Below, piece after piece: positions 9,394 through 20,122 of a DNA stretch of 20,691 nucleotides. Each line of letters opens with the position of its first letter. The stretch's first letter is position 1. The stretch lies in assembly GCF_006345805.1 (NCBI RefSeq), contig NW_021823866.1, positions 1 through 20,691 of the forward strand, read 5' to 3'. Source of the stretch: Octopus sinensis. Taxonomy: Eukaryota. A program made the translations under genes and the position numbers. The notes beneath the pieces are model-generated. The model saw nothing but the letters and a program-made list of their open reading frames with translations. It made no database searches and had not been told where the DNA came from.

Positions 9394-9906
9394 AAATATG
9401 CATTCTTCTGCCAGACTATTTCGAGTTCGTTTCCTAGGTGAGTTCGAGTGCACAATAACGACAGACAGTAAAAACTGCTAAACGACAATATATCGTTCGC
9501 GTTCATTTTCGGGGTGGTTTCGTTTCGCTTAGTTTTGAAGTATACCGTGTTTCTTTTTAACACTTATATGTCTTAAAGCGACATCTCTGAGACGAAATAC
9601 TGCAGCTTTTGTAACGTTTCACAAACACAAATCCACTAAATATGTGATATTTGTTAATGTTTACAATATTGAGCTGCTTCTAACATAAACTTTGAATTTT
9701 GTTCTACTTGCGCGGCTATAGTGCACATCAGCAAATAGACTTTAAACTCTTTGTATATAATTCTAGATGGCTATTTCGAATTCTTTTCGAAGGTGGGGCG
9801 AGTACATGATACCGATGAGCAGATATATACCGTATAAATGACTATTAAAAACTGTACAGATGTTTTATTTTCCCTATGTATTTGACACACACACATGTAT
9901 GTGTGT

Positions 9907-10264
9907 GTTCATTCCCACTGCGTGGCACCTTCGGCAAATGTCTCCTACTATAGCTATCAGGACGACCAAAGCCTTATGAGTAGATTTGGTAGACAGAAAC
10001 AGAAAGAAGCCCGTCGTATTTATGTATGTGTGTGTATATGTTTGTGTGTCTGTGTTTGCCCCCCCCCCCAACATCGCTTGACAACCGATGGTGGTGTGTT
10101 TACGTCTCTGTAACTTAGCGGTTCGGCAAAACAGACTGATAGAATAAGTACTAGGTTTACAAAGAACAAGTTCTGGGGTCGATTTGCTTGACTAAAGGCG
10201 GTGCTCCAGCATGGCCTCAGTCAAATGACTGAAACAAGTAAACGAGTAAAAGAGTAAAAGAGTA
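9907..10264 (+). mobile_element. Family B SINE, truncated at the B box
   Basis: Colinear with 5817-6175; ends in (GAGTAAAA)n. Confidence 0.92.
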
Positions 10265-10382
10265 TATATATGCATAAGTATACATACGCATGTGTATGTA
10301 CGAGTATGTATGTATGTATGTGTATATGCATATATGTATGTATATATAAACGTACATATACATGTAAATATACAAATATGTA

Positions 10383-10418
<36 letters not shown>

Positions 10419-11089
10419 TGTATGTATGTATGGTATGTATGTGTGTGTATATATTTTAAAAACCAGTTTATCTACAGCCATATTATAGAGTACATAGTTC
10501 CCAATCCTCCAAAATATCAAATTTAAATTCATATATACCCAAGATAAAATAAATGTTTAATAAAATCAAGCCAATAAATTCAACCGTCTACACATTAAAT
10601 CTCTCGGGATATTTTGAAACTCGATACAGCAATCGCCCTCAGAACGGTTATGGCTGTTTTATAATGCATTTGGCAGTGAATTCTTCTGGAATTTCACCGA
10701 GATTCGTTACTGATACCTTGGTTTTATTGCCGAGAGTTTATTTAATCCGGCAAAAAAAAAAAAAAAAAATGGCGGTTGACCTTCTTTTCGTTTTTCTTAG
10801 GGTAGAAACCGCGTGACTGTACTTCGGTTGTTGTTTTGTCGGTTTCGCTACGTCAGCCATTTTTTTCATTTTTATTTTTCTTCTTTTGCAGTAACACGAG
10901 AGTGTTCAGTACACTCGCAGACTGTTCTCTTGGAATGCATTTCCGTGTGTGCGTATATGTGTGTGACTGTGCGCGTGTATGTGTGTGTGTGTTTACGTAT
11001 TTTTCTAATATTATATACACACACACAATGAGATTCTGTGAAATTCAGCAACTTATTTATAACTAATTTTATATATATACATATACATA

Positions 11090-11174
<85 letters not shown>

Positions 11175-11205
11175 ATTATATATTATATATATTAACATAT
11201 ATATA

Positions 11206-11246
<41 letters not shown>

Positions 11247-11596
11247 TATATGTATGTGTATATATACATACATATATATATTATACTACATATATATATA
11301 TATACACACACACACACAACACACATATATATATATATTAGCTTTTGAAAGTTATACGCCAACAAACGAGTGGAGACGAGAGTGTATTTACCAAAGGTTT
11401 ATTACTTTACGTACATCAGGACTGAAATTGTCAATTATTTCTGTTTTGGTCACTCAAATTCGTTTAACACTCGCTGTTGACATTCTTTTGTTTTTCTTCT
11501 CCGACCGGAAGTCCCTTTCGCTGCTGACCAACTTCCTAGCCAGTCCGCAGCGAAGTTCCTGTCTACAGTTCTTCTGTCATGAATCCTGCCCTACAA

Positions 11597-11609
11597 TATA
11601 TATGTATGA

Positions 11610-11642
<33 letters not shown>

Positions 11643-11872
11643 TGTATGTATGTATGTATGTATGTATGTATGTGTGTGTATGTATGCGTGTATGTATGTA
11701 TGTATGTATGTATGTATGTATGTAGTATGTATGTACGTATGTATGTATGTATGTATGTATGTATGTATGTATGTGTGTGTATGTATGTATGTATGTATGT
11801 ATGTAGTATTATGTCGTATGTATGTATGTATGTACGTATGTATGTATGTACGTATGTATGTATGTATGTATG
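11597..11872. repeat. (TATG)n microsatellite
   Basis: Direct reading. Confidence 0.97.
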
Positions 11873-12119
11873 TCCCTACCTTCGTAACGCGGAGTAGATA
11901 AAACAGGGGACATCTGATGAAGGGAATGTTCTTTATGTTGCCTGTCTCGTTTCTCTGTTTCTTTCTTTCTTTCTTTCTTTCGTTGTTCGAAAAAAGTTCG
12001 TTTTCTATGTTACTGTTCCACAATTAGAAACTGATTAAATCGAAATTTAATTAAGTGAAACTAAACGAATCCTGGAATTCATATGACCAATGAACAAGCA
12101 CCACCCTCACCAAAACTGG

Positions 12120-12218
12120 ACGATAGAATAAGCAGCAGTCTTTGAAACAGAATAATTCTTTAAGGCGGTGCTCCAGCATGGCCGCAGTCTAATTACTGAA
12201 ACAACGAAGAGATAAAAG
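12120..12218 (+). mobile_element. 3' end fragment of family B SINE
   Basis: CGATAGAATAAG...AAGGCGGTGCTCCAGCATGGCCGCAGTC..TACTGAAACAA. Confidence 0.75.
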
Positions 12219-12223
12219 TTAAG

Positions 12224-12272
12224 TGTCTTTGGCGGTAAATACCTTGTCTTTGGCGGCAAATACCTTGTCTTT
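12224..12272. repeat. 21-bp tandem repeat, about 2.3 copies
   Basis: TGTCTTTGGCGG(T/C)AAATACCT at 12224 and 12245, partial at 12266. Confidence 0.92.
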
Positions 12273-12304
12273 CGCCCGCCAAAAAATAGTAATGATAACT
12301 GAAT

Positions 12305-12978
12305 CTAGAAACGGTAGAACATTAGTACCATTTCTCTATCTTCAGGTGAAATATGGGAGGTTTGTCTGCCGCAGCTTGTATGTACAGTGTTTGACAGTTA
12401 ATGCCTTTTGTAACCGAAGCCCCGACTAAATGCAAAGTTTATATCTGTCAAAAGCACTATTATTGAAACGAAAAAAAAAAACCGTAGGAATGTGGATACA
12501 AGAAGCCACCATTAATATCTTTCTCACTCCATTATCAAAACAACTACGATCATACAAAATATGGGACGTTTTTTTGCCACCCGATGTATATACAGAGTTT
12601 GACAGCTTATGAATACAAATATCAAAGCAAAAATTATAAAAACTAGAAACGGTAGACAATTAGATACAGGAAATCATCATTACCATCTCTCCAGCTTTAC
12701 TAGCACTACACCTACGACGGCGTAAAATATGAGCCTTTTTTCTGCCGCAACCTGTATATAGGGTTCGCCTATGGTAAATATTTCCTTTCTGGTACTTTCA
12801 TTATGGATCACAACTAGCTTTTAACCTAAACCTTGGTTGAATATTGCAAGCAAAATTACAGAAACTAAAAACGGTGGAACATTAGCTAAACGAAGCTATC
12901 ATCACCATTTCTCTAACTTCAGTAGCACCACTCCTACGGCGGCGTAAAACATGGTAGGTTTTTCTGCCGCAACCTGTA
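12305..12978. repeat. Diverged 4-unit tandem array (about 170-220-bp period)
   Basis: Recurring order AAACGGT(A/G)G..ATTAG ... ACCAT ... AAA(T/C)ATG ... TTT.CTGCCGCA.C.TGTA, starting near 12305, 12477, 12643 and 12865. Confidence 0.75.
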
Positions 12979-13704
12979 GGCAGCGTGATACACGAATACA
13001 AACACCTTCGTTCGGGTTGTCTCGTTCCGGATCACCACCTGCTTGTAACCTACACCTTGACCTTGTATTTCTGAGGCATTTTAAGGCGGGAACGGCAAGG
13101 TGCGCCTCGCAAACTGTGCTAAATTTATCAGTGCTAAACCAGGGTACGATTCTTATCTCTTTTGTCGATGCACCCGATTCGTCTTTCTGTCTCTATCTGC
13201 TTTTTTCCTCTACACTCCTTACAAAGATGTATATATACAGATGAATGCGTGTGTGTGTGTATGTGTATATGTGTGTGTGTGACTGAGTGAGTGGATGTGT
13301 GTCTGTGCGCGCTGGAGTGTTTCCACATGTACGAATACCTGTGTGTATATATGCTTATATATATATTAACACGTGTTTGTGTGTGTATATATATATATAC
13401 TCTTTTACTCTCTTTTATATGTAAATTTATATATATATATATATGTATATACACACACATATATATATGTATGTAGCTATATATGTGCATATATATATAT
13501 ATACATCTACCTATCTGTTTATCTGTATGTCTATCTAACTATCTATCTGTCTGTCTGTCTGTCTGTCTATACGTAAGTATGTTTATACGCACACGTGTAT
13601 ATATTATATATGTACATATATATGTTTATGTGTGTGTGTCTGTGTAAATATATGTGTGTGTACAAACATACATACAGAGAAATAACAGACAGACTGACAG
13701 GTAG

Positions 13705-13705
13705 T

Positions 13706-13759
<54 letters not shown>

Positions 13760-13862
13760 TAGATAGATAGATAGATAGATATAGATAGATAGATAGATAG
13801 ATATAGATAGATAGATAGATAGATAGATATAGATAGATAGATAGATATATAGATAGATAGAT

Positions 13863-13893
<31 letters not shown>

Positions 13894-13918
13894 TAGATAG
13901 ATAGATAGATAGATAGAT

Positions 13919-13952
<34 letters not shown>

Positions 13953-13953
13953 T

Positions 13954-13984
<31 letters not shown>

Positions 13985-14072
13985 TAGATAGATAGATAGA
14001 TAGATATAGATAGATAGATAGATGATAGATAGATAGATATAGATAGATAGATATAGATAGATATAGATAGAT

Positions 14073-14104
<32 letters not shown>

Positions 14105-14110
14105 GTAGAT
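13705..14110. repeat. (TAGA)n microsatellite, about 400 bp
   Basis: Direct reading; periodic TATAGA variants. Confidence 0.98.
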
Positions 14111-14454
14111 AAACGTACGCATATGTATATACATATATATGTATTATACTGGTTTGTGTGTATACCTGTCTATTTGTGTGTATGTATAAGTATGTGTACG
14201 TGTATATATATTTGTGAATATACATATGTATGTGTTTAAATGTTGTGTACAAACCTATATCTGTGAATATATATATGTGTGTATGTATGTATATATATAT
14301 ATGCGCGTTGTATGTTTGTGTGTGTGCCTCTGTGTGTTATAGGTAATGATTGCACGAGGGATGGGTAAATAAAAACAAAAGATAACTAACGTATACACAT
14401 GCAGACATGAACAAACACACACACATACACACTGTATACGTGATCCTGAATGCG

Positions 14455-14507
14455 TATTCTGTTATTCGTTTCAGCCATGCGGCTGCGGCCAGGCCGGAGC
14501 ACCACCG
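14455..14507 (-). mobile_element. Short 3'-end fragment related to family B SINE
   Basis: GTTTCAGCCATGCGGCTGCGGCCAGGCCGGAGCACCACC versus GTTTCAGTCATTTGACTGCGGCCATGCTGGAGCACCGCC. Confidence 0.65.
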
Positions 14508-14543
14508 TGTATGAATATGTTTATGTGTCGGTATGCTAACGCA

Positions 14544-14786
14544 CTCTTTTTCTTCCCTCGTTTGTTTACAAGTCATTTGACTGCGGCCATGCTGTAACAC
14601 CGCCTTTAGTCGATCAAATCGATCCCAGGACTTATTCTTTGTAAGCCTATACTTATTTTTATCGGTCTATTTTGCTGAAACAATAAGTTACGAGGACGTA
14701 AACACACCAGCATCGGTTGTCAAGCAATGGTGGGAAGACAAACACAGACACCCACAAATATACATATATATTATATATATATATAT

Positions 14787-14852
<66 letters not shown>

Positions 14853-15047
14853 ATGTACGTATGTATGTAATATATATATATAAACGACAGGCTTGTTTCA
14901 GTTTCCGTCTTCCAAATCCATTCACAAAGCCTTGGTCGGCCCGAGGCTATTGTAGAAGACACTTGCCCAAGGAACCATGCAGTGGGACTGAACCCGGAAC
15001 CATGTGGTTGGTAAGCAAACTACTTACCACACAGCCACTGCTACGCC
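14544..15047 (-). mobile_element. Full-length family B SINE with expanded internal (TA)n
   Basis: Reverse complement is colinear with 5763-6175. Confidence 0.92.
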
Positions 15048-15506
15048 TGTATGTACGTATGTATGTATGTATGTATGTATGTATGTATGTATGTATGTGA
15101 TGTATGTAGTATGTATGTGTATGTATGTTGTATGAGTGTATATGTATGTATGTATGCATGTATGTATGTATGTATGCATTAATTTATGTATGTATGTATG
15201 CATGTATGTGTGTGTGTGTGTGTGTGTATGGTTGGATGGATGGATGTGTACGTAAATGTTGATGAGCCTAGGGAGGTGTTTTGAAAGTGCTCGTCAGTGG
15301 GAGGGGGTGAGATAGGGTATTGAAATCAATTGGGAGGATGGAAGGGTAGGTTTTGCGGGGAGGGCGGTAATTCAAGACACGAAGTCAGTGAAGCGTGCAA
15401 GAAACAACAGCCAGCGAGAAGTGACACAGTTGTCACAGGAAGTCTGGCACCAGTCACTATCAGAGGTCAACACAGACCTACATTAAACACAAAATACTTA
15501 TACACA

Positions 15507-15915
15507 CTCTTTTACTCTTTTACTTGTTTCAGTCATTTGACTGCGGCCATGCTGGAGCACCACCTTTAGTCGAGCGAATCGACCCCAGGACTTATTCTTT
15601 TGTAAGCCCAGTACTTATTGTATCGGTCACTTTTGCCGAACCGCTAAGTAACGGGGACGTAAACACACTAGCATCGGTTGTCAAGCAATGCTAGAGGGAC
15701 AAACACAGACACACAAACATATACACACACACACATATATATATATACATATATACGATGGGCTTTCAGTTTCCGTCTACCAAATCCACTTACAAGGCTT
15801 TGGTCGGCCCAAGGCTATAGTAGAAGACACTTGCCCAAGGTGCCACGCAGTGGGACTGAACTCGGAACCATGTGGTTGGTTAGCAAGCTACTTACCACAC
15901 AGCCACTCCTGCGCC
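15507..15915 (-). mobile_element. Full-length family B SINE
   Basis: Reverse complement is colinear with 5763-6175; head ends ...CTCCTGCGCC. Confidence 0.93.
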
Positions 15916-15939
15916 TATACGTACGTAAATAAATACGTC

Positions 15940-16333
15940 GGCTGTGTGGTAAGAAGCTTGCTTCCAAACCACGCGGTTCTGGGTTCAGTCCCACTAAGTG
16001 GAACCTTGGGCAAGCGTCTTCTACTATAGCTTATACTGGAGGTTGACCAAAACCGCGTGAGTGGATTTGGTAGACGGAAACTGAAAGAAGCCCGTCGTAT
16101 ATATGCATGTGTATATCTATGTGTGTGTCTGTGGCTGTATTTGTGCTCCCCCTCGCAGCTTGACAACCAGTGTTGGTGTGTTTACGTCCCTGTAAACTTA
16201 CCGGTTCATCAAAACAGACCGATAGAATAAATACAAGGCATGTAAAATAAATCCTGGGGTCGATTTCTTTGACTAAACCCCATCAGTGTGGTGCTCCAGC
16301 ATGGCCACAGTTAAACGACTGAAACGAAAGAAT
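15940..16333 (+). mobile_element. Near full-length, more diverged family B SINE
   Basis: Colinear with 5774-6160. Confidence 0.9.
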
Positions 16334-16837
16334 ATAAAAATACATTCTTTTATTTATTTGCAGGCTATAGTTTTGTGACACCCCCCCACCCGACCTGGTC
16401 ACCACAGCCGTCTTAGCCCTATGCCACTATGGTTAAACCTCCATGTCTATAAAGTGGGATCAGATTGCATTGGCTAACTCTCACTTTAGAACTATTGAGT
16501 GCAGAAAACAAGAAAAGCACTTCAGCGCCAAGGATCGGTTTACACGGCCGTGTGAGGGCGTGCCTCTCTCCCTCGTGATCATCGGACATGAAGAAACTGT
16601 CTTCATGTGTATATGTATATCAGGTCACTCTTAGTGCTACCGGTAATATGTAAGCTTATAGCTTATATGACTGGCCTGTTGGTGGCTAAACCGGCAACCT
16701 TACCAGCCTGCGTCGTAAGCTTTCATTAAATATCCTGCAGGACGGAAAACGTATCCTGTCCAAAAACGGATGTACTAAGTAAAATTAACTAAATAAAACC
16801 CAACAGCTGGAAGTGCGAGGCCAGAGACATTTAGTGT

Positions 16838-17049
16838 ATAGATTGGCATATTTCGGTCATATTATGCGGAGAGAATCCCTGGAGAAGGACATCATGCTCG
16901 GAATGGTCAGTGGCAAGAGAGGAAGAGGCCGACCAAGAACCTGCTGGCTTAACACCATCAGGAGTAATACCGGAATGGACATGGCCAATCTGAAGGAAAG
17001 GACACTGATCCAACGAATGACCGAGAGTCGACTTCGACTGAGCGGATAG
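16838..17049 (+). pseudogene. RTE-clade LINE ORF C-terminal fragment, copy 1 (internal deletion)
   Basis: RLAYFGHIMRRESLEKDIMLGMVSGKRGRGRP...RMTESRLRLSG*; lacks about 24 bp present in copy 2. Confidence 0.9.
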
Positions 17050-17100
17050 AGAAATAGAAAGTGTGTGTATATATATATATATATATGTATATGTTTGTGT

Positions 17101-17454
17101 GCATTCGAGCTTTGGTGTTGGAGAAGACTTTTATGGATTCCATGGACAGCGAGGCTCACAAATGGAGAAGTTCTTAAGCAGATCCGGCCGAAAATGTCAC
17201 TAGAAGCCAGGATCAACCAACATAGATTGGCATATTTTGGTCATATTATGCGGAGAGAATCCCTGGAGGACATCATGCTCGGAATGGTCAGTGGCAAGAG
17301 AGGAAGAGGCCGACCAAGAACCCGCTGGCTTGACACCATCAGGAGTGATACTGGAATGGACAAGGCCAGTCTGAAGGATGCGGCCCAGGATAGAATTGAC
17401 TGGAGGACACTGATCCAACGAGTGACCGAGAGTCGACTTCGACTGAGCGGATAG
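17101..17454 (+). mobile_element. 5'-truncated RTE-clade (BovB-like) LINE, C-terminal domain downstream of RT, copy 2
   Basis: AFELWCWRRLLWIPWTAR.TN.EVL...RLAYFGHIMRR.SLE..MLG.V.GKR.RGRPRTRWLD.I...AAQDR..WR is the characteristic RTE C-terminus; 3' GAGTCGACTTCGACTGAGCG stem-loop. Confidence 0.95.
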
Positions 17455-17501
17455 AGAGATAGATAGTGTGTGTATATATATATATATGTATATGTTTGTG
17501 T

Positions 17502-17539
17502 GCATTCGAGCTTTGGTGTTGGAGAAGACTTTTATGGAT
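17502..17539 (+). mobile_element. Start of a third RTE unit
   Basis: Identical to 17101-17138 and preceded by the same TG/TA linker. Confidence 0.88.
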
Positions 17540-17719
17540 AGATCCAAATTTTTGACTTCCCTTCGTATATATTTATATATGTATTTATGTGTGTATGTAT
17601 GTGTGTATTTATCTATGTATGTAGGCAAGCAGGTAGTTTGTTTGGTAGGCAGGCAGGCAGGCAGGTAGGTATGTATGTACGTATGTTTGTAGGTAGGTAG
17701 GTATATATATATATACCTG

Positions 17720-17880
17720 TGAGTTCAAATTCCGCCGAGGTCGACTTTGCCTTTCATCCTTTCGGGGTCGATAAATTAAGTACCAGTTACGCCCTGGGGT
17801 CGATGTAATCGACTTAATACCTATGTCTGTCCTTGTTTGTCCCCTCTGTGTTTAGCCCCTTATGGGTAATAATGAAATAG
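17720..17880 (+). mobile_element. Family A SINE, 5'-truncated at the B box
   Basis: Colinear with 533-691. Confidence 0.92.
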
Positions 17881-18368
17881 GTATATATATATATAGGTAG
17901 GTACAAGCGCGCACACACACAGAGGAAGATCCAGAAGAAGCAAGAATGGTCGTGGCTTGATTGTCTTTTGATCAAAGCTAAACCGGGGGTTAAACGACAA
18001 CAACCACAGCATCAGCAGCAAGCCATACTATACACAGGGCGCACTCAAGCGCAAACGGCCGACATGCGCCTCTTTCTGTCTATCGCATCGCAATGACGCG
18101 TAACCGGATCCGCAATGGTTACACGTTGTTGGGTCAGGTTTCCAGATCGTGTATCGTTTCACCTGTACGTCTCAGATTCTCCTTTGAAACCCTACTCACC
18201 TTTCGGCCGGTCGTTTACAAAAGCGAATCCATTCAGGTTTGAATGGATTTGTGTTCCAGCGTTGAGTGAATGCTGTTCCAATGACCAAATAAATGGCGTA
18301 AATGGCGCCCTTGTTGAACGAACAATGAAATTTGGTCAGCGGTGCAGAGGAGTTTGTGCGACTCGAGA

Positions 18369-18451
18369 CGCTCGTCAGTTTCCTCGTCAGCTGTGCGATC
18401 CGGGGCGCTCGTCAGTTTCCTCCTCAGCTGTGCGATCCGGGGCGCTCGTCA
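18369..18451. repeat. 37-bp GC-rich tandem repeat, about 2.2 copies
   Basis: CGCTCGTCAGTTTCCTC(G/C)TCAGCTGTGCGATCCGGGG at 18369 and 18406, partial at 18443. Confidence 0.95.
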
Positions 18452-18525
18452 ATATGTACGTGTGAATCTTGGTGTGTGTGCGTGTGTGTGTGGTGGGGAA
18501 TTAGTGTGTGTGTGTGTGTGCGTGC

Positions 18526-18557
<32 letters not shown>

Positions 18558-18781
18558 GTGTGTGGAAATATATATATATATATAATTTTGATATATTTTG
18601 ATAGGTTTCGGCCAGTATAAGGCCAGTCCATGTTTAACTTAATAGCACCACCCATATTTTAGTCATAAATGGGACACCATGGCCCATTCTAGCAATTGCT
18701 GGAGACGTATCCGGGTGCAGGAGGTTGGTCCGGAAATTTTTGAAGGAATTTATATATATATATAATATTCGAAGTGTACAC

Positions 18782-18995
18782 TATTATATATCCATCATGG
18801 CCGATCTGCCTAATCAGTTTCGCGCTAGGATTACTACGGAGTGTTAGGTGACAATCCGATTATATAATCCTACGCTCATCAGAGGTAGTCGATATGGAAT
18901 GTTATAGGATTATATAATTGGATTGTTACCTGACATTCCGATGTACCCATTGCGTGAAACGGATTTGGAAGATCGGTTGTGATAGGTATATAATA
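18782..18995. repeat. Diverged foldback inverted repeat (about 91-bp arms, 32-nt loop)
   Basis: 18837-18872 pairs with 18905-18940 (36 bp, 4 G-U); 18782-18825 pairs with 18952-18995 (5 G-U, 4 mismatches). Confidence 0.93.
18801..18892 (-). ncRNA. Type I hammerhead ribozyme with long stem II and degenerate stem III
   Basis: Minus strand: UCGA-CUACCU [CUGAUGA 18882-18876] GCG-UAGGAUUA...UAAUCCUA-G-CGC [GAAA 18821-18818] CUGA-UU | AGGCAG-A-UCGG. Confidence 0.65.
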
Positions 18996-19085
18996 CTCTA
19001 CATTTCGGATAATATACACGCTCTATTGACAGATATACGAGTGCATGTTTTGCCCTGACTTATGGACTTTTAGACGACTTACACG

Positions 19086-19119
<34 letters not shown>

Positions 19120-19359
19120 ATACACACGTGATACACACACACCGACATATAAAGGAAGTGTGCATGAGTCAGTGTATGTACGTATGTTTTTATGTATGTA
19201 TTTATGTATGTGTGTTTGTAGTTATGTATGCATGTACGGTTGTATGTATGTTTATATATATATATGTGTGTGTGTATTTTTGTGGTAAATTTGTAAAAAA
19301 AATAGAAAGTGACACATACAAATATAATGCTGTGTAATACGGAAACGTACTTACATATA

Positions 19360-19790
19360 CAAATACAGACACACACACACATACATACATACACAGTCAC
19401 ACAGACGCATACACACACACACACTTACACACACACTCTCTCACACACTCACACATACATACATACATACATACATACATACATACATACACACATACAT
19501 ACATACACACATACATACACACATACATACATACATACATACATACACACATACAAACATAAATACATACATACACACATACACACATACATACTCATAC
19601 ATACACCCACACACACATACATACATACATACATACATACATACATACATACAGACATACATACATACATACATACATATATACATATATACATACATAC
19701 ACACACATACATACATACATATACATACACACATACATACATACACAGACATACATACACGGACACACAGACACACAAATACACACACAA
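19360..19790. repeat. (TACA)n/(CA)n microsatellite
   Basis: Direct reading. Confidence 0.97.
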
Positions 19791-19869
19791 TACAACTCGT
19801 CATTGCTCCGACTCTCAGACGAAGATTTCTGATTCTTTAAAGGTCAGAATTTGTCACCGGGTCATGATG

Positions 19870-20106
19870 ACAACTGCAACAACTCCAAGAACAACAAGAA
19901 GAAGAACAACAATAACAACAACAATAACAATAACAGCAACAACAACAACATCGTCAACAACAACCAGGACAAGAACGAAACAAAAAAAAAACAACCATAA
20001 AAAAGGAAACTATTATATCAACAATTGATCCAATAACAGCAACATCAACATCATGAATATAAAAAAAATATCAAAAAGTAAAACAACAACAACAACAATA
20101 ACAATA
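19870..20106. repeat. Degenerate (AAC)n low-complexity tract
   Basis: Direct reading. Confidence 0.85.
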
Positions 20107-20122
20107 ATATTGACTACATAAT

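Noticed and set aside
11345-11595. Possible solo LTR (TG...CA, reverse AATAAA, ETS-like ACCGGAAGT)
   Set aside because: No TSD, PBS or second copy.
11870-11935. CTGATGA at 11914-11920 flanked by hairpins
   Set aside because: No GAAA after the putative stem II and no NUH in register.
12224-12978. CRISPR-like repeat-spacer array
   Set aside because: Eukaryotic context, degenerate repeats, irregular long spacing and no cas genes.
16528-16592. Minus-strand CCGATGA...GTGTAAACCGATC hammerhead-like string
   Set aside because: Both core segments deviate and stem I does not pair.
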